Origin: Owenia fusiformis
Lineage: Eukaryota
Direction of reading: 5' to 3'
Length of the DNA: 64,000 nucleotides
NCBI GenBank assembly: GCA_903813345.2
Contig: CAIIXF020000001.1
Span: 12,338,001 to 12,402,000 of the forward strand
Position 1 is the first letter of the stretch, and the number at the start of each line of letters is the position of its first letter. Of the stretch, positions 37,368 to 51,920 are shown piece by piece. The position numbers and the translations under genes were made by a program. The notes under the pieces were generated by a model, which had not been told where the DNA came from, did no database searches, and worked only from the letters and a program-made list of their open reading frames with translations.

Positions 37368-37890
37368 GTGATGTCACTCAAATCATTGATGTTACCTTTA
37401 TCATTGATGTTACTCAATTCATTGAGTAACTCACTACTTGGATCTTACCTCATTGATATCACTCACCTCATCAAAGAACATTTACTTGAACATGTGTAAC
37501 TATGGTGTTTCTAAACTCACTCACTCACTCATTGATGTTATAACATATCATTGAGATCATCTCGCTGATGCAACTCACCTCATTCATATCACTCACCTCA
37601 TCGAGTAACTTACCTCAGTGATGTAAATTAACTTATTGATATTACTCACTTCATTGATGTATCTCACCTCATTGATATCACCCCTTCATTGTATTACCCC
37701 TGCCTTATTGAGTTATTAAGCTCATTAATGTTACCCACCTCATTGATATTGCTCACCTACTCAGTTCATTAATAGTACTCACCTCATTTTGTTACAATAG
37801 CTTCTTAATTTCACCTCATTGATTTCTTACCTCATTGAGTTATTTACCTCTTTGCTGTTAAATACCACATTTATGCACCTCATTGGTGGA
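37368..37890. repeat. Degenerate ~20-bp tandem repeat
   Basis: Recurrent actcacctcattgat motif. Confidence 0.7.
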
Positions 37891-40679
37891 ACTCTTCTAC
37901 TCATCCCAACAAGGAAAATGCTTCATAGGTGAAATCAAAACTAGTTTGAAGATGGGTCTTCAAAAAGATAAGAATGGTGTCTGTACAGTGTAGTTCATCA
38001 TGCACCTTCCTATATCTCTTAAGATATAGAGCCTGAAGAAGTGGTCACGGTAATTAAAATTATCTCTGTCTGTATGCACTTACCAATATGTAAGAACCCT
38101 TTAGAGGATGTACAGTAATTGCTATGCAGAGATAAGTGCTATTTATTTTCCAGCTCTGATATCAATTGCTTTCAAGATTTTCGCCATATTTGCAAATTAG
38201 CTTGATTAGAGGGCAGTGCATCGGCCATTGCTAAATATGAGACTATTTGACTCATCATCTCTTGGGGAAGTCGAATTAAGCACCCAACCAGAGCAATTTG
38301 TTTTATAAAATATTGTAAGGTCGTAGAAGGAACATATCATGTTATCAGAATTCATCGGAGGCCTAATTTTAATGGAAATGGTGAATTTACATGGTTGGTA
38401 TACAGTGTACTGATAGGTGGCATCAGAAAATTTTTGTTATACAGTATGCACTAGTGTTGTCTGAATCCAGTGTTTTAACCATTACTGATAATTAGGTTGG
38501 AAGTTGGAATACTCCAGGGAACTCTTTTGCACACAATAACTTCATTACATTAATTTTGTTAACTGGTGGAGAAACAGTCAGTGTTAATGGGTGACTTACC
38601 TACTGTAAAATGTGTGGAATTACTCTATTAATGAGAACAAAGCGGAGAAGACAGCTGAGGTGTAAATTGCAGTGAAGCTGAGTTCATATCACTCCAAACA
38701 TTTTCATCAGTGACTTTAATATACAGGCCTGTTGAATGGAGAGAATTGCGCTGACTTAAATCGGAAATTGTTGCATTAGAGGCGATGTTGAAAGAAAAAG
38801 CGGTTTGTATCAATCGCACATTGATTCACCTGGAAGCTTTTTTCATTTATAGTTTTAGAGCTCGCTCATGGAATATCAATAAGGCTTTGATTCCAGTTGT
38901 GCAAACAGAAAACATCAATTTAGGTTTCTAAGAGCATCAGAAGCCACGTCACAAAAATCATTGAGATCATTGATACAGCATGGAAGATCAATAGAAACTT
39001 CTTTTATCACTAGCATTTTGAATTTACATTAACCTTGACTGGTTCTATAGGCATGCATTTCATGATCACGTAATCTTGCGGTACTGATTTTATATGCAAC
39101 GTCTCTTTCATTTGTGTCATATCAGTAGAGAAAATACAAATCTAAAATTTTCATATTTGAAGAGCCACGTTTTATCTAATTTTAGAAAGTATAATTTATT
39201 ATGTCACAACCAGAAGATGTGACATATTGTCATAGTCTCCAACTTTTTTGTGGATGGTGGTTGGTGTTTGGTCTTTAGCGTTTACCATTTTTAACAAATG
39301 GCAGGTGGTGACATTTTGCATGTCAATGCCAAGTGTTATACATATTCCAGCTGCAATATAAACTAACTTTCATAAAAACTATTAGATGTTTTTCAACAAA
39401 GTGAATTATGAGAACCACCAGCATTGCAGATTATTTAGTAGACGCAATCAAACAGTTGCAAACTTTCTATGTGTTAACTTGATCTCACCGATCTTTGCTT
39501 TTATTAAATCATTTTCCTTCTTTGCATATTATCGACAAACCATCCAGACTTAACTGGTATCTTGATCTCCAGCAAGTCAGTGGCCAATTGAGCTTTAGAA
39601 TGTGATGATCTGTGGCGATCAATGCGACTAATTACTTACTTTATTTAATGAATCGGATTACAAAAAGACTCTATCTAGATCTGCCTAGAGAGCTTAGCCT
39701 CCTCAGGATGTCATGATTCTAATACGGAAACACGCTTGAACACTTGACGATAAGACAGTTTTCCTCTGGCTAATTCTGTTCTAATATGATACGAATCAAA
39801 ACGAAAGCACAAGCATGAATAAAAACAAAACAACATTTTGCTTAATGAGACACTATCTGTGTTTGTACCATAATATGCATATGCATCGTGATAGCTTATA
39901 AAAGAGCAATTAACTGTTATGCTTAGAGATATCGATAAACATTAATTCCTGGTATATCTATCCATTCAACTATATATGGCAGTCAAGAACTGACAGACTG
40001 ACACACAAAGCACATGGAGCACCATACATGATCGGGAGAATCTAACGAATTATATATGAGGCCTCGGAACACATTGAAAATAACCACAAAACTGTTGATT
40101 GTTATCGAATAAGTTTATTAATGTTTATTGAGTTCCAAAAATAGTAGAATTATGAAGGTATTTTCGGAGCCATGGTATTAACTTGGAGCAGAATTTTGAA
40201 GGATTATTTGCCAATTTGATACGTGACTTGTGGAACCTATTTTTAATTGTTATTTTATCTGAACCCGTGGCTGCCTACCAGGGAACAAAATAGCATAATT
40301 ATTTAACTTGATGGTACCTTTGTGGTGCAGTGGCAGTACATTTCCTTGTAGACATTATTGATAGAGACCGTTCATCAGCGCTATATTGAAATGACTCCAG
40401 CTTATTGGAATTAACGCTACTTTGGATTATATTACTTACGACAACTTATTTAGGAACTTGAGCGTCTTAATACGATTGTGGGAGGAGCTTGAGATTAAAC
40501 AGACACGATAACATAACAACCACCAATCGGAGAAGATGAATGAGCAAATGTATAGTCCAACTGAACCAGAGCATGAGTCCCTCCTCGTTTCAAATACGTA
40601 AATATAATTTCTATTTTTATATCTTTGTACTGATAGATATAGGGTTTTGTTAGTGTGCATGCCAATAGACCTGGATGCA

Positions 40680-40752
40680 TACCCTGCGTGCAGAGTCTCG
40701 TAATAAGACAAAGCTCTTTTTAAGAAGCGTTGTTGAATGAAAGCAAAGGGTA
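40680..40752 (+). mobile_element. Minimal (73 bp) MITE, family G, with perfect 9-bp TSD
   Basis: taccctgcgtgcag...gcaaagggta flanked by ctggatgca on both sides. Confidence 0.85.
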
Positions 40753-43700
40753 CTGGATGCAGTTTTTCAGAGGAAAATATTCTTTTGCAGATACACTATG
40801 ATTCATAACATCTTGCAATGTGCACAATCAACAGACTTTTACACAAACTTACTCTTGTGTTAAAAGGTTGTAGGACGTAGGTAAAGGGATTGCACCTTTA
40901 AAACATGTGTAGCCAGTCTTGGATAGAATCAACAAAGATCTTGATCTACCAGGTTTTAGTCATTTTAACAGCGCAACCATGGAGAATTGAACATGTCAGT
41001 TTAATGATGAATTACAGGGCCAATGGATGGAAATCTCATCTTTCCAAAAATATTTTTAATAATACCACCCAATGAAGTTTGATTTCAAGATGGTGTCCAT
41101 TCTATTTAAAAAAAGTTATCTATGAAAAGAGTTTCTTGTATGGTGTCATGACACATCATTGATGTGCATTTTGCTGAAAGGAAACAATACTATTGCCTGA
41201 TTAATTTTAGTATGAAATGTTCAACTAAGAAGTACTTTGATAAAATTGTTTAGCTCACTGGGATTTGCCACTTCAGGGAGTTCCTGTTTTCTTAATAATA
41301 CATGTACTTAACTTACATAATCGATAGCCTTTGACATACATGTAGGCCTTTTCTCAAAACATCAAGTTTGAAAAGAGTCCTCAAAAATTGCATCTTTTCA
41401 ATTTTAAAAGGCAATTGATTTACTAAATGTACACAAATGATTTATCAAGCTTCCATAATTACAGAAAATAAATTTTATGTCCAATTATGTAATTTACATA
41501 TAAACATATGAATTTTAATATTTTGGGGTTATTTTTGATGAAAATTAAAGCTATAAGCCCTTTAATGCATGGGATATTGTTTTTTTCTTGACCATTGATA
41601 CCGGGATGTTTAGATAGAGCACAGCAATCATCAATTATGCATATAAAGCAATCATTTAAGGTTGTAATGTATGTTTGAACAGTACCAGATATTGTTACAA
41701 GTAACCTTTGGGATATAACAAGTCTAAAGGAATTCCTTAAATGTTTGGAGTTCAATGTCAAGTTCAACATTATAGAGGTCATACATGAGGTCGGTGTGAC
41801 ATTTTTGTGACATGTCAATGACTAATGAACGGTTACATGTTTAGATAAATTAATAAATATTGTAAACAGGGGATTTAGACTTTTCTTGTATTGAGTTGAG
41901 TTTCTGATCATTGCCCGCAACAATTTGAGTCCAACGTATCCTTTTCATCTGTTACATAATCTGTTATGTAATAAAAAATCATCACAATCATTATGATTTT
42001 GTTTTTATATTTTAGGCTGACTATCACAACCTTATTGGTATAACTGATCACTAATAGGCCAGGGTTAATAGATAATACGTTTGGTGTATCAGGCAGCTTC
42101 GATAAGGTCTTTACTTTGGAAAGTATACTATGATTTTACTACTTGATACTATACCTAGCCTTAGTTGGGTAAATCTTTTTTACAAGAAGCAGAACATTTT
42201 GATTTGATTTTCTGTCTTCTGGGTAGCATATTTTGTAAGTCGAGATAAACCGAGGCTCCCAGAAGTTTTCTACAGTCAAGCTTGATCCTTAACTAGACCA
42301 TCAAATATCAGATGTATCATATCAGTGGATTAGATATGTATCATACAAGCTGAATCTTAAAATTTAATTTTTTAAATATTTTCAAGGATATAAGAAAAGT
42401 TACAAAACATAAAAATTAATTGCCCTTGCCTTATGCATTGCAGCTTTATCGATATAGATTATTGGTGTTTTTAAGAATTTTGATACCTTCCTGAGCTTAT
42501 CTAGAGATAAGATATTCTTATCTGTTTGTCTGATCAATTCAATTAAAGCATTGAGTGCTTGCATTATACCGTCTATATTACAATCCTACTATTATACAAA
42601 CCCGTCATTATTAATTAATAACAACAGCTAAGCGCTTAGTTCTTATTATCAGCCTCATAGATTTGAGTAGATGCCGCACTCAGCTACTGGGGAGCGATAA
42701 TACAATTGCCGTCAAGAATGTAAGTAAAATATATTTATCGTAAAAATGTCTCAATAATTTGCATTAATGGTGATTACATATTTTGCTGTATTTACGATAT
42801 TGCAACTTAACGTCAATTAAATGAGGTAATGATGACGCCTATTGCGATTCATCTATTGAGGCCCGCAGATAGATTACACTGTCAAAAACATTTAGGAAAG
42901 AAAAATAGCATCTAATTGCATGAAACCATTTAATTCCCATGGGATAGCTCCTCATTGTTGGTATGAATGGAGCCGTGTAGATGCCAGAGTTGGGATGAAG
43001 TATTATCCCCGATTGTTCGACACTGGTTCCCAATTGACCCGCATTTCCGACATATGTCAGGGAATAATTGGATGGAATAATCGAATAACATTGACTTTTT
43101 GGGAACAATTAATATTTGAAATTGAAGCATCGATTGATTGTTTTTGTTTAATCCTGTGCAAGAATTTCATCCTTGAAATGTCAGTCTAAAGTCAGGGTTA
43201 ATTTCATATCCTTCTTCCTATAATTCCACAATATTTTTCCTTACTTCATACCATTTTGATGTCTCCACCACAAGTGACGTATTGTTATAGGCTCCAACTT
43301 TTTGGGCATTAGTTGGTGTTTGATAGTCAGTGTTTGGCATTCGGCATCTGCAACAAATGGCAGGTGGTGACATTTTGCATGTTAATACCTATTCCTAGTT
43401 TTCATTCACTTCACTTAAAATTTAGATTATCTTTTATATTAACTATCATTTAAACCATATCTCTAGAGTCAATTTGTAGGAGTAGTATGTGCTTTATTCA
43501 TTTAATTAGTAAGACAATACAAGAGGGCACATGGAAGAGAGTAATCGGTTACCCTAATGTAAATGGTATACTCATTTATTTAGATGTTTAGCTTGCAAGT
43601 CACGTCTGAGCCTTGTCTAACTTACTTGGGATTAAAGGATTAGTGTCTAATAGCTTCCGGAGATATATACATGTATTTTCCTGGTTTTACTTATCAGTAT

Positions 43701-44022
43701 GATCCAGACAGTGTTTTCCCAGAATTCATTTCATTAGTTTGAATTATATTAGGTGTCTTTTTTATTTTTGTTTTAGGGAATGAGTAAACAAAAAAGGTCT
43801 AATAGGCAATGGGCAAGCTTGTTATCCTGAAATTCTGGGAAATTTCATTTTTTATGTACATTTCGACAAACCTTGAGTTTCAGAGTCCAGTATATCATAA
43901 ATAATGCTCGTATTAGACTTTGAAGATAAAGCTCTCTTTTGAAAATCAAAATCTATTGGAATGGGCAAAAAGTTTATTTGGACGCCACTCTTATGAATAT
44001 ATATATGTAACATAAGTATATA

Positions 44023-44329
44023 CAGGCCTCCTAGACTTCCATCAATGTGAACATCAGTTCTGACCTCGCGAACTACGTTCCTTGCGCCCGAACTATGATT
44101 CTCACATCACGAACTTGAAATCCTTAGTCGTGCACCACCATCTCCTCGCTCCCAAACATATTTCTTCCCTCGTGAACAGAGATCCCCGTTTGCACGAGTT
44201 GAGAAATATGGTAGTGGTGCGCGACAAAAGATATCACGTTTGTAATGTGAGAATCATGGTTTGAGAGCAAGGAATGTAGTTCGCGAGGTCAGAACTGATG
44301 TTTGCGTTGATGATAGTCTAGGAGGCCTG
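44023..44329. mobile_element. 307-bp foldback (palindromic) MITE-like element
   Basis: caggcctcctagact...agtctaggaggcctg; arms are complementary over nearly their full length; internal ~21-bp subrepeats. Confidence 0.8.
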
Positions 44330-46274
44330 CCTCAGCCAGAATCACACACTGATGACTAGATTCACCATTTGTTTCCATTGGCTGATGAATTACAAGATTG
44401 TATGATGGTTTAATGGTTTATGCATGATCCCTAATCAGCTGTTCTTTAGTGTGTATGATAGAATCTGAATGAAGTCCTTTATCAGAGTGACATTTAAGTC
44501 TATTTTTTATTTTATTTTATATTATCATTTGATTATTATTGCCCAATTGATAATTTTCTGAGTTTCCAAATGTCTAGTAAGATTTTAACTTTGACTTGAT
44601 CGGCTCACTAAAAATGAGTAATTTAAGACTAAAAACGTGTTCATGGACATGTAGAACAGTTATTTTATTTCTTGGTAATTCTTTCTATTTGTTATTTATT
44701 CTTACATGCAATGTCAGTTTACCTCCCAATTAACTCAGCTTCTGTGTAAAATGCTTCAAGCTAAAATGTCCGTTCATTGTGCTATTGATCCCAAAAGCTC
44801 GGGCATTGAGATCATGAATATTTTCAACTTTACCAACAATAAGAAACTGCGGAATTAACAGTGACAAACAGCATGCATTGTTTGTAGATTACTACGATAC
44901 TTTTAACGACAAGATGATTGATCTCCCTGTCGTTGCGCCTCTCACTTTCTTGTCAACATGCCCTTTCGTTGCTTACCTTTCTATCAATCAAAGAACAGTT
45001 TTTCTCGAGAAATAATCAACAGAGTTGTCGTTTTTGTATTATTGCGAAATCCAGTTTGTTGACTTTGTTGTGTGATTTGTGACAATACAGCTTAGTGAGA
45101 GAAGTGATTAAATTAGATAATGTAGGTGTTTATCATTGTAAAAAATGATGATGATCCTGACCTTAACATTGTTATCTAAGGGTGCTCTGTCATTCATACT
45201 GATCATTGTTTTAAGAGTAGATTCTCTTGTTATTTTGATGTGAGATATTGTGAAAGTGTTAATGGCCTTATGTGCCAATAGCAGACAACCCTTGAATAAA
45301 ACTTTATATTTTCACATTAGAATAAAACACAATGGAGTAGAATAAGAATGGGTAGTTAGACTGAGTATACAAGTACACTTTATCATCAAAACAGAAACTT
45401 CTTTCACATTTTCGATTAAAATTATCTCAAGCAGTGGAAACTTTTTCTTCTCTATATTTTTTATTTATTATATAATTGCCATGTATTCCATGAATATAAA
45501 TATGTTGTTTGTTATATAAATAAAAACTGGCCTAACATAACGACATTATAAGCTGACAATGTGATATGATTATTAATCAAATAGTATTAAGGTACTCAAT
45601 TAACTCAATGTTTTGTGAAATCAAGCATCTATCCAGAAGTGGTAACATATTGTTATAGTCTCCAATTTTTTGTGGATGGTGTTTGGCATCTGTAAAAAAT
45701 GGTGTCTGTAACAAATTATGGCATCTGTAACAAATAGCAGGTGGTGACATTTTGCATGTTGATGCCTTGTATTCCTGTGTTCCTTATTCCTGCAGCCTCA
45801 AGTCCTATCGATGTCGATGGTAACTTGTCAATACATAATAAATAAGTTTTATGAAACCTTGTTAATACCTTATCTTATGAAGTCGATACCAGACAAAACC
45901 TTACAAATGCCATATCAATGTCTTGTGAATTTCTTTTGATGTCTTGTGAAACCTTACATGTTGATGACCTATTATAAAACATTGCCAATACCCTATGACC
46001 CCCACATCCAACACCAATATCTAATATAGATGATCTTTTAGAAACTACAGTATTTAAATGTCGCTAGTGATCAGGTATTCTCATTGACAAATACTTTCAT
46101 TGTTGGTTCAACTGATTCTGCTATCTATGAATGAGAGAATATTTCTAAAACCAAAAATGACACATGTCTCTAGCTCAACCTTAATAAAAAACAATTATAT
46201 TGGTAGCTGTATATGAAACAACTCTCTGTTCTCACACATTTAACACCTTTAACATTCTTGCTTATGGTATAATC

Positions 46275-46392
46275 TAGTCTAGCTATAAGCCACTGTGACC
46301 CCTTCCCCTCTCCCACTACTTGACTATAGACCTGCTCATACAGGGAGGTGTGTATTGTGTGTCGGAGCTCACAAGGGCTTGTAGCTTGACTC
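46275..46392. mobile_element. Short tagtctagc-ended MITE (diverged copy)
   Basis: TIR tagtctagctataagcc / ggcttgtagcttgactc; flanks ggtataatc / gttataacc. Confidence 0.6.
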
Positions 46393-48138
46393 GTTATAAC
46401 CCATCCTTCTCCAAAGGATTTCACTTATGCTTATAGTTAGAAAATATATGGAAAGGAGTGAAATACCCTTGGACCAAGGATGTGTTTAACCTAAATTGTT
46501 CACATTCATTCCTGTAAGTAAACATCTCAACGAGCCTCCAATTTGCACTTAATTTATGTAAAACACATCAACCCATGACATTTTATTCCAAGTACCATTT
46601 CTAGAGGGTTTCCAATCAGCTAGTATTGTAACTTCACTGCTATTTCATTATTTCAGCATTGATCTCTGACTTGCTTTGAGAAGCTGGATTACATTGAGCT
46701 AACTCTAGTAGATGGGTAAACAATATTTGGATGATGATTGATGGTATGCTTGATGTTGATTAAATAACACTGATCATAATGTTAAAGTGTTTAGACCTGC
46801 AATGACTTATTATTTCTTGTTTAATTGAATCTTTATTTTCAGTCCCTCACTGCATGTGTTTTGTATGGTAGAACATTAACCACTCACAAACGATGATAGT
46901 GAAATGAATTTTACTGGAAATGTCTATCTCCCTGATCAAAGCTCAATAAACCATATTAATGAATAAAACATTTAAAAATTATCTCTGACAATCATAAAAT
47001 CATAGGATATGATACTCAGAAATCATAAACCATGAATAGAATTATAGTACAGTATATGGAAATATGAAGATTCTAGTAATAATTAAATTATCATACCATA
47101 GTACTATCTACAAACCTGGTAAAGAATTCTCTGTAGAATTGGACATAATGCATTAGTATGTACAAGGGGAACAATTCGACCTCATTCTTGCTCATGTTTG
47201 ATCAATCTAAGCACTTTGCAAATTAGATTACTTCGCAAGTGGAACAACAATATTTGGTATATTTAGGAACATACATGTATATTAAAATGAATAATTACAT
47301 ACACTATGCCTCTGTCTGTGTGTATTATTTTGCACTAATGCTCATAAGTTCATTTCCGATGGCACTAGAATTAATATATTGATGTATGATAGCAATTGAC
47401 CTTTATCCAGAGCACATGAGTCCCACATGGCGAATCCAATAGTTTTCCCAAACCATAAATCAAAATTGCCCACAAGAGCTATAAATAAAATTCCGATTTT
47501 TTCCAATATCCTCTCCTTAGAGTCTAGCCAGATATCATGATATTGCTATATTATTTATAGTGTTTGCTGTTCTCTGGAATGCCTTAACTTTTTTGATCGC
47601 AAACTGAGGACATTATTTATCGCATCTGTTTGAAATAATAGCGTCGTCAATATCGTGACGACTTCAATGCAAAGATTCAATCCATGAGTTCCGGATCTTT
47701 TACTCGTCAGATCGGCATTAAAGCCCAATCCTCTGATTGAATAATATCTGTGTTTATTCTGGAGAAAGTTCAATTGTTAATAACATGCATTAATTCTGGA
47801 AGTTTCCACCTATCCCCTGAGGAAAAATAAATGAACCTGTATAATCGAGTATTCACTAGATTATGTATTGTTCAATCGGGCGTAAAGATAGTGCTAAATT
47901 GATAACTATTTTTAAAGGAACCGTTAATTACTCCTGAGATTGGATCAATTACAAGTAAAACATGTATTCCTCTACAAAGCACATATCTCAAAAGAAATTC
48001 ATAATGGTCATATCTGTCTCACCTTAATTAACAAAGAGGAGACCTTATTAAGGTACTCTAGATCCCTATTGGCTTGCTGTCCCACCCTCTGAGTGAGACA
48101 CACAATTTGCAATTGTATTATCTTTCAGAGAACTAGTC

Positions 48139-48312
48139 CAGGGGTTTCACTAGAATTTCTCACAACAGGCTAAATAAATGAAAACAACAGGCAAAATTAA
48201 TGGAAATCATAAATTTAACGTGGAAAAGTTGAAAAGTCCTTAAAAACAACACGCAATTTTGTGAAAACAATCAATGAAAATCGTCTGTTGCCTGCTGCGA
48301 ATGAAACCCCTG
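48139..48312. mobile_element. MITE with CAG termini and 5-bp TSD (hAT5-like)
   Basis: TIR caggggtttca / tgaaacccctg; tagtc on both sides. Confidence 0.65.
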
Positions 48313-48677
48313 TAGTCCCTCTCAAATATTAGATAAATCAGAATGTGTTACTTGTTGAACTGTATATTGCGAGAAAATGCTTCATCATGGTATATCCTTT
48401 TGCAATCAGAGAATACAGTTAGCCGACACAAGTAGAACACCCTAGGGTATCTAAAATAGTGTTCTACTCAGGAGGTGTTCCACTTACAGATATTCCACTT
48501 ACAAATGTTCATTTTATATTAAGTTAATTGGTAGTGAACATTGTGAGATCCACAGACTGTACTATCTTTTGGAGTTCTAGTCCCTCTCAAGCATTAGATA
48601 AAGGGGAACTCTGATAAATCAGAATTAATGATTTGTAGAATGTGAAAATGTCAAATGAATGCTAGTTACTCGGAGAC

Positions 48678-48787
48678 TAGTCTAGCTACAAGACCCTGTG
48701 ACCTTTTGTCCCCACTCTACTTGAGTTCACATCTTATCACACTTGTTTTAGTGGGGGAGGGGGTCACAAGGGCTTGTTGCTAGAGTA
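48678..48787. mobile_element. Short tagtctagc-ended MITE with perfect 9-bp TSD
   Basis: TIR tagtctagctacaag / cttgttgctagagta; ctcggagac on both sides. Confidence 0.8.
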
Positions 48788-51311
48788 CTCGGAGACAGAC
48801 TATGAAGAGGGGTCGTGATTTTCATACCACATATAGTATAACGAGATAGATGCAAGAAAAAAGAATTACTTCTAATTTGAAGAGTGCAGAGGAAGTGAAT
48901 CTCTGGCTGAGGGTATCAATAAGGATTAAGAGAAATAGAAATGTCATGCTCAATTTAGATATAAAACATCGCTGATTAAATATCAGAATCACCAAGATTC
49001 TGGGATGTGAACAAAATCAAAGTGTGTGGTCGGAAAACACAGCCTTCCAAAAGACTACCCATGAAAAATATTATCGTAGAGTTTACCTAAATTGTGATGT
49101 CTGAATCATGAATTGCTTAAAATAGAATTAGGCAAAAACATTGAAAAGATAATAAAGAAATTAAGCCATGTGTTGAAGTCAGCATACATTTTTTGAAATC
49201 AAATGAGTACTTACAGACTTCATCATACCATAAGTGTATGCCCTTGTGGTATCATTTACTCAATGATGGGCCCCACTTTCTAATATGTGTACATATTGAT
49301 TAAGTATTGATACTGGGAGCAATTGACAGTATGATGGTGTCTGGGTGTACCTGTGGTTATAACATAGACTTTTGAAACTTAGGTGATAAAAAGACATAGT
49401 GACAGCTGAAGCTTAACTCTATCCAAATTGAAAACCTGAAAGATTAGGCTATTTTGATATTAGAATGTAAATAATATGATAAAGCTGTACATATATAGGC
49501 ATTATTTTTAGTACTTCATATTAATCAAAACTGCATTGATCATTAATCGTTCATCTCCATGTTTAATATTTATAAAAGAAGAAATATTTTTCAAAAAACA
49601 TGAGATTATACGAGTGTAATTCTCCCGCCTACTTAATTGGTAGCAAATAAATATTGCTCCTTGCTATATCAATTCCAGCCAAACATCAATAGCTGTTGTA
49701 ATATGTGGTATATAAAATACTGGTATCCTTCACAAGCCTTTTCCCTTCTTGGTGCAATATTCTTGTTTTACCAACTCTACTCTTAAATCTAAACAGAGGC
49801 GGATCCAGAAAATAACAAGGGGGCCCAAATTTAGAGTCTGGAAAAAAGGCCTGAAAAGGCCAAATCATGACCAAAAAGGCCCATTTTTTGAGGCCCTACA
49901 AAATTGCTTGGCCCAAAAAAAATTTCTGGGCCCACTAAAACATTCCCCCCTCCCAGATCCTGAAATTGCATGGTCAAAATATCCCATTTTTCTTTTAACT
50001 GGATGACATTGCTGGAGTTTTTTTTCTTTTGGGTGCATGGTCATTTTTGAATGTTATTTACTTAGCAAGTGAGTGTTAGGGACAAGGTGTAATTTGTAGA
50101 AATAAACTTTGAGTTATTTGAAAGATGGCGCGAGTGTTGTCAGGCACTGGCTCATCTTTTCCCTTTTCTATTTTTTGTTCTTGTCGTATTCTCAAATAAA
50201 ACCCAATTGAACCAGAACTGAAAGTTAATATTCTCACAACAAATTTGTTCCCTTTTTATGTACATATACTATACTCCTATTATCTTTTTGAACACCCAGA
50301 TTTAAGAACACTTCTCACTGCTTGCACTTCAAGATTATCTCACAAGTTTTTACATCTGGGAGTACAAAGAATATAAAGGAATACAAAGCCGTATGGAGAG
50401 TATGCTCTTAACTAATTGATTAATCTAAATTCTATTGAGATGATGTAATAATATACTAGTGTGTTCACTTTGTAAAATTGAATGGATTTTACTCTATGCT
50501 CTCTCTAACTGGATGTTAAAATTGAAAATTAGATGGCACCCTGTTGAATGATGAACTATTGACACATTTTGTCCAAAATAGGTTGAATTAGGATTTACGA
50601 ATTCTGTCAGAAAAATCAGAGATCATTTCTTATATAGAATAATCATTTGGAGAAATCCTGATTCATAGACAGCCACATTCATTCATGTACTTTGGTAGAG
50701 TATTACACAATCTATGACACGATGAAAGTTTGTTATCAACCCCTAGCTAAAAGCACTTTGATTTCCTGAATATACAGGTTTTATTTTTACATAGCTTTTT
50801 CAAAAGATTTCCTTGGTAATGACCTTTCCTTGGTAATGACCTTTGTATATTACAAGCATTTTTCTGTTAAGCTTCTGGGGGTACAAGTGATGAATGACGT
50901 CAATCTCTCTGATTCACGACCACTTCAAAGAGTGAGACAATATTTGAATTCTTGAAGAAGCCAGGATACATGGTATTTTACCTGCCTATAGGCTACCAGC
51001 AAGAGAATGCATTTAAGATAAGAGTGTTTATATAGTATTTGCCATATGAGATGGTTGCACTTTAGGAAAATATCATGCCATCAGTAAAGAAAGGTATTTA
51101 CATTGTGAAGATTCATACCAGATTTGCTTCGATGATTTAATAATTGTTGTTTTAGAACTTTTTTACAGGATTTCTCAGATACCTTAAATTCTGATGTTCA
51201 ACATGTTTTATGTTTCTAGCTCTGTTTCTAGTGTTAATATGATTGTATTTTAATGTAAACCATGTTTTATAAGATATATTTTTTATATTTATTATGTCAC
51301 CACCTGAAGTG

Positions 51312-51678
51312 TACCCTGCGTGCAGAGTCTAGTTAAACTACACTCTGCCTAGTAGAGACCATATTACAGTTTAGTAGCCCCGCCCCCACGACGGGTACCG
51401 GTGACAGTTTGTGTAATAAATAACTTTAGACCTACGCGCTGACCTTTCTTCCACCAATCAACGAGCTTGAAGAAACACACGCCAAATGCGTTCTTATTAA
51501 ATATGCGCATGTCATTGGTCAATTCCGGGCTCAACGATGACGTCAGAAGGAATGACCGTATATAGAGCGTCGATCAATTTTGGCCGATGAACACTGATTG
51601 GCACGGTGAGTTCACAGGTTTATTTTAGTTTGAAAGAGTGAAGACGAAGCTCTCTTTTAAGAAGTGAAGTCAAACGAA
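51312..51678 (+). mobile_element. Family G MITE (long form), right end deleted, inserted in the hairpin of a family F element
   Basis: Reverse-complement match to 52171-52549; family F sequence on both flanks. Confidence 0.85.
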
Positions 51679-51920
51679 GTGTTGATATATTGTGAGAGTC
51701 TCCTTTTTGGTCAACGGTGTTCATTACTTGGTTGATGTTCAGCATTTGGCATCTGTAACAAATGACTTTCAGTGGTCAGTATCTGTAATAAATGGCAGGT
51801 GGTGACATTTTGCATGTTCATGTCTTGTATTATATTAAAATCTGAGGTAGAGTTGAGAATAGTAAGCATGTATAATTTATTCTTATGATTAACTACTATT
51901 TATCTTTAAGACAATTACTC

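Noticed and set aside
51843..51864. let-7-like start tgaggtagagttgagaatagt
   Set aside because: Only the first 8 nt match, and the downstream sequence does not form a clean pre-miRNA hairpin
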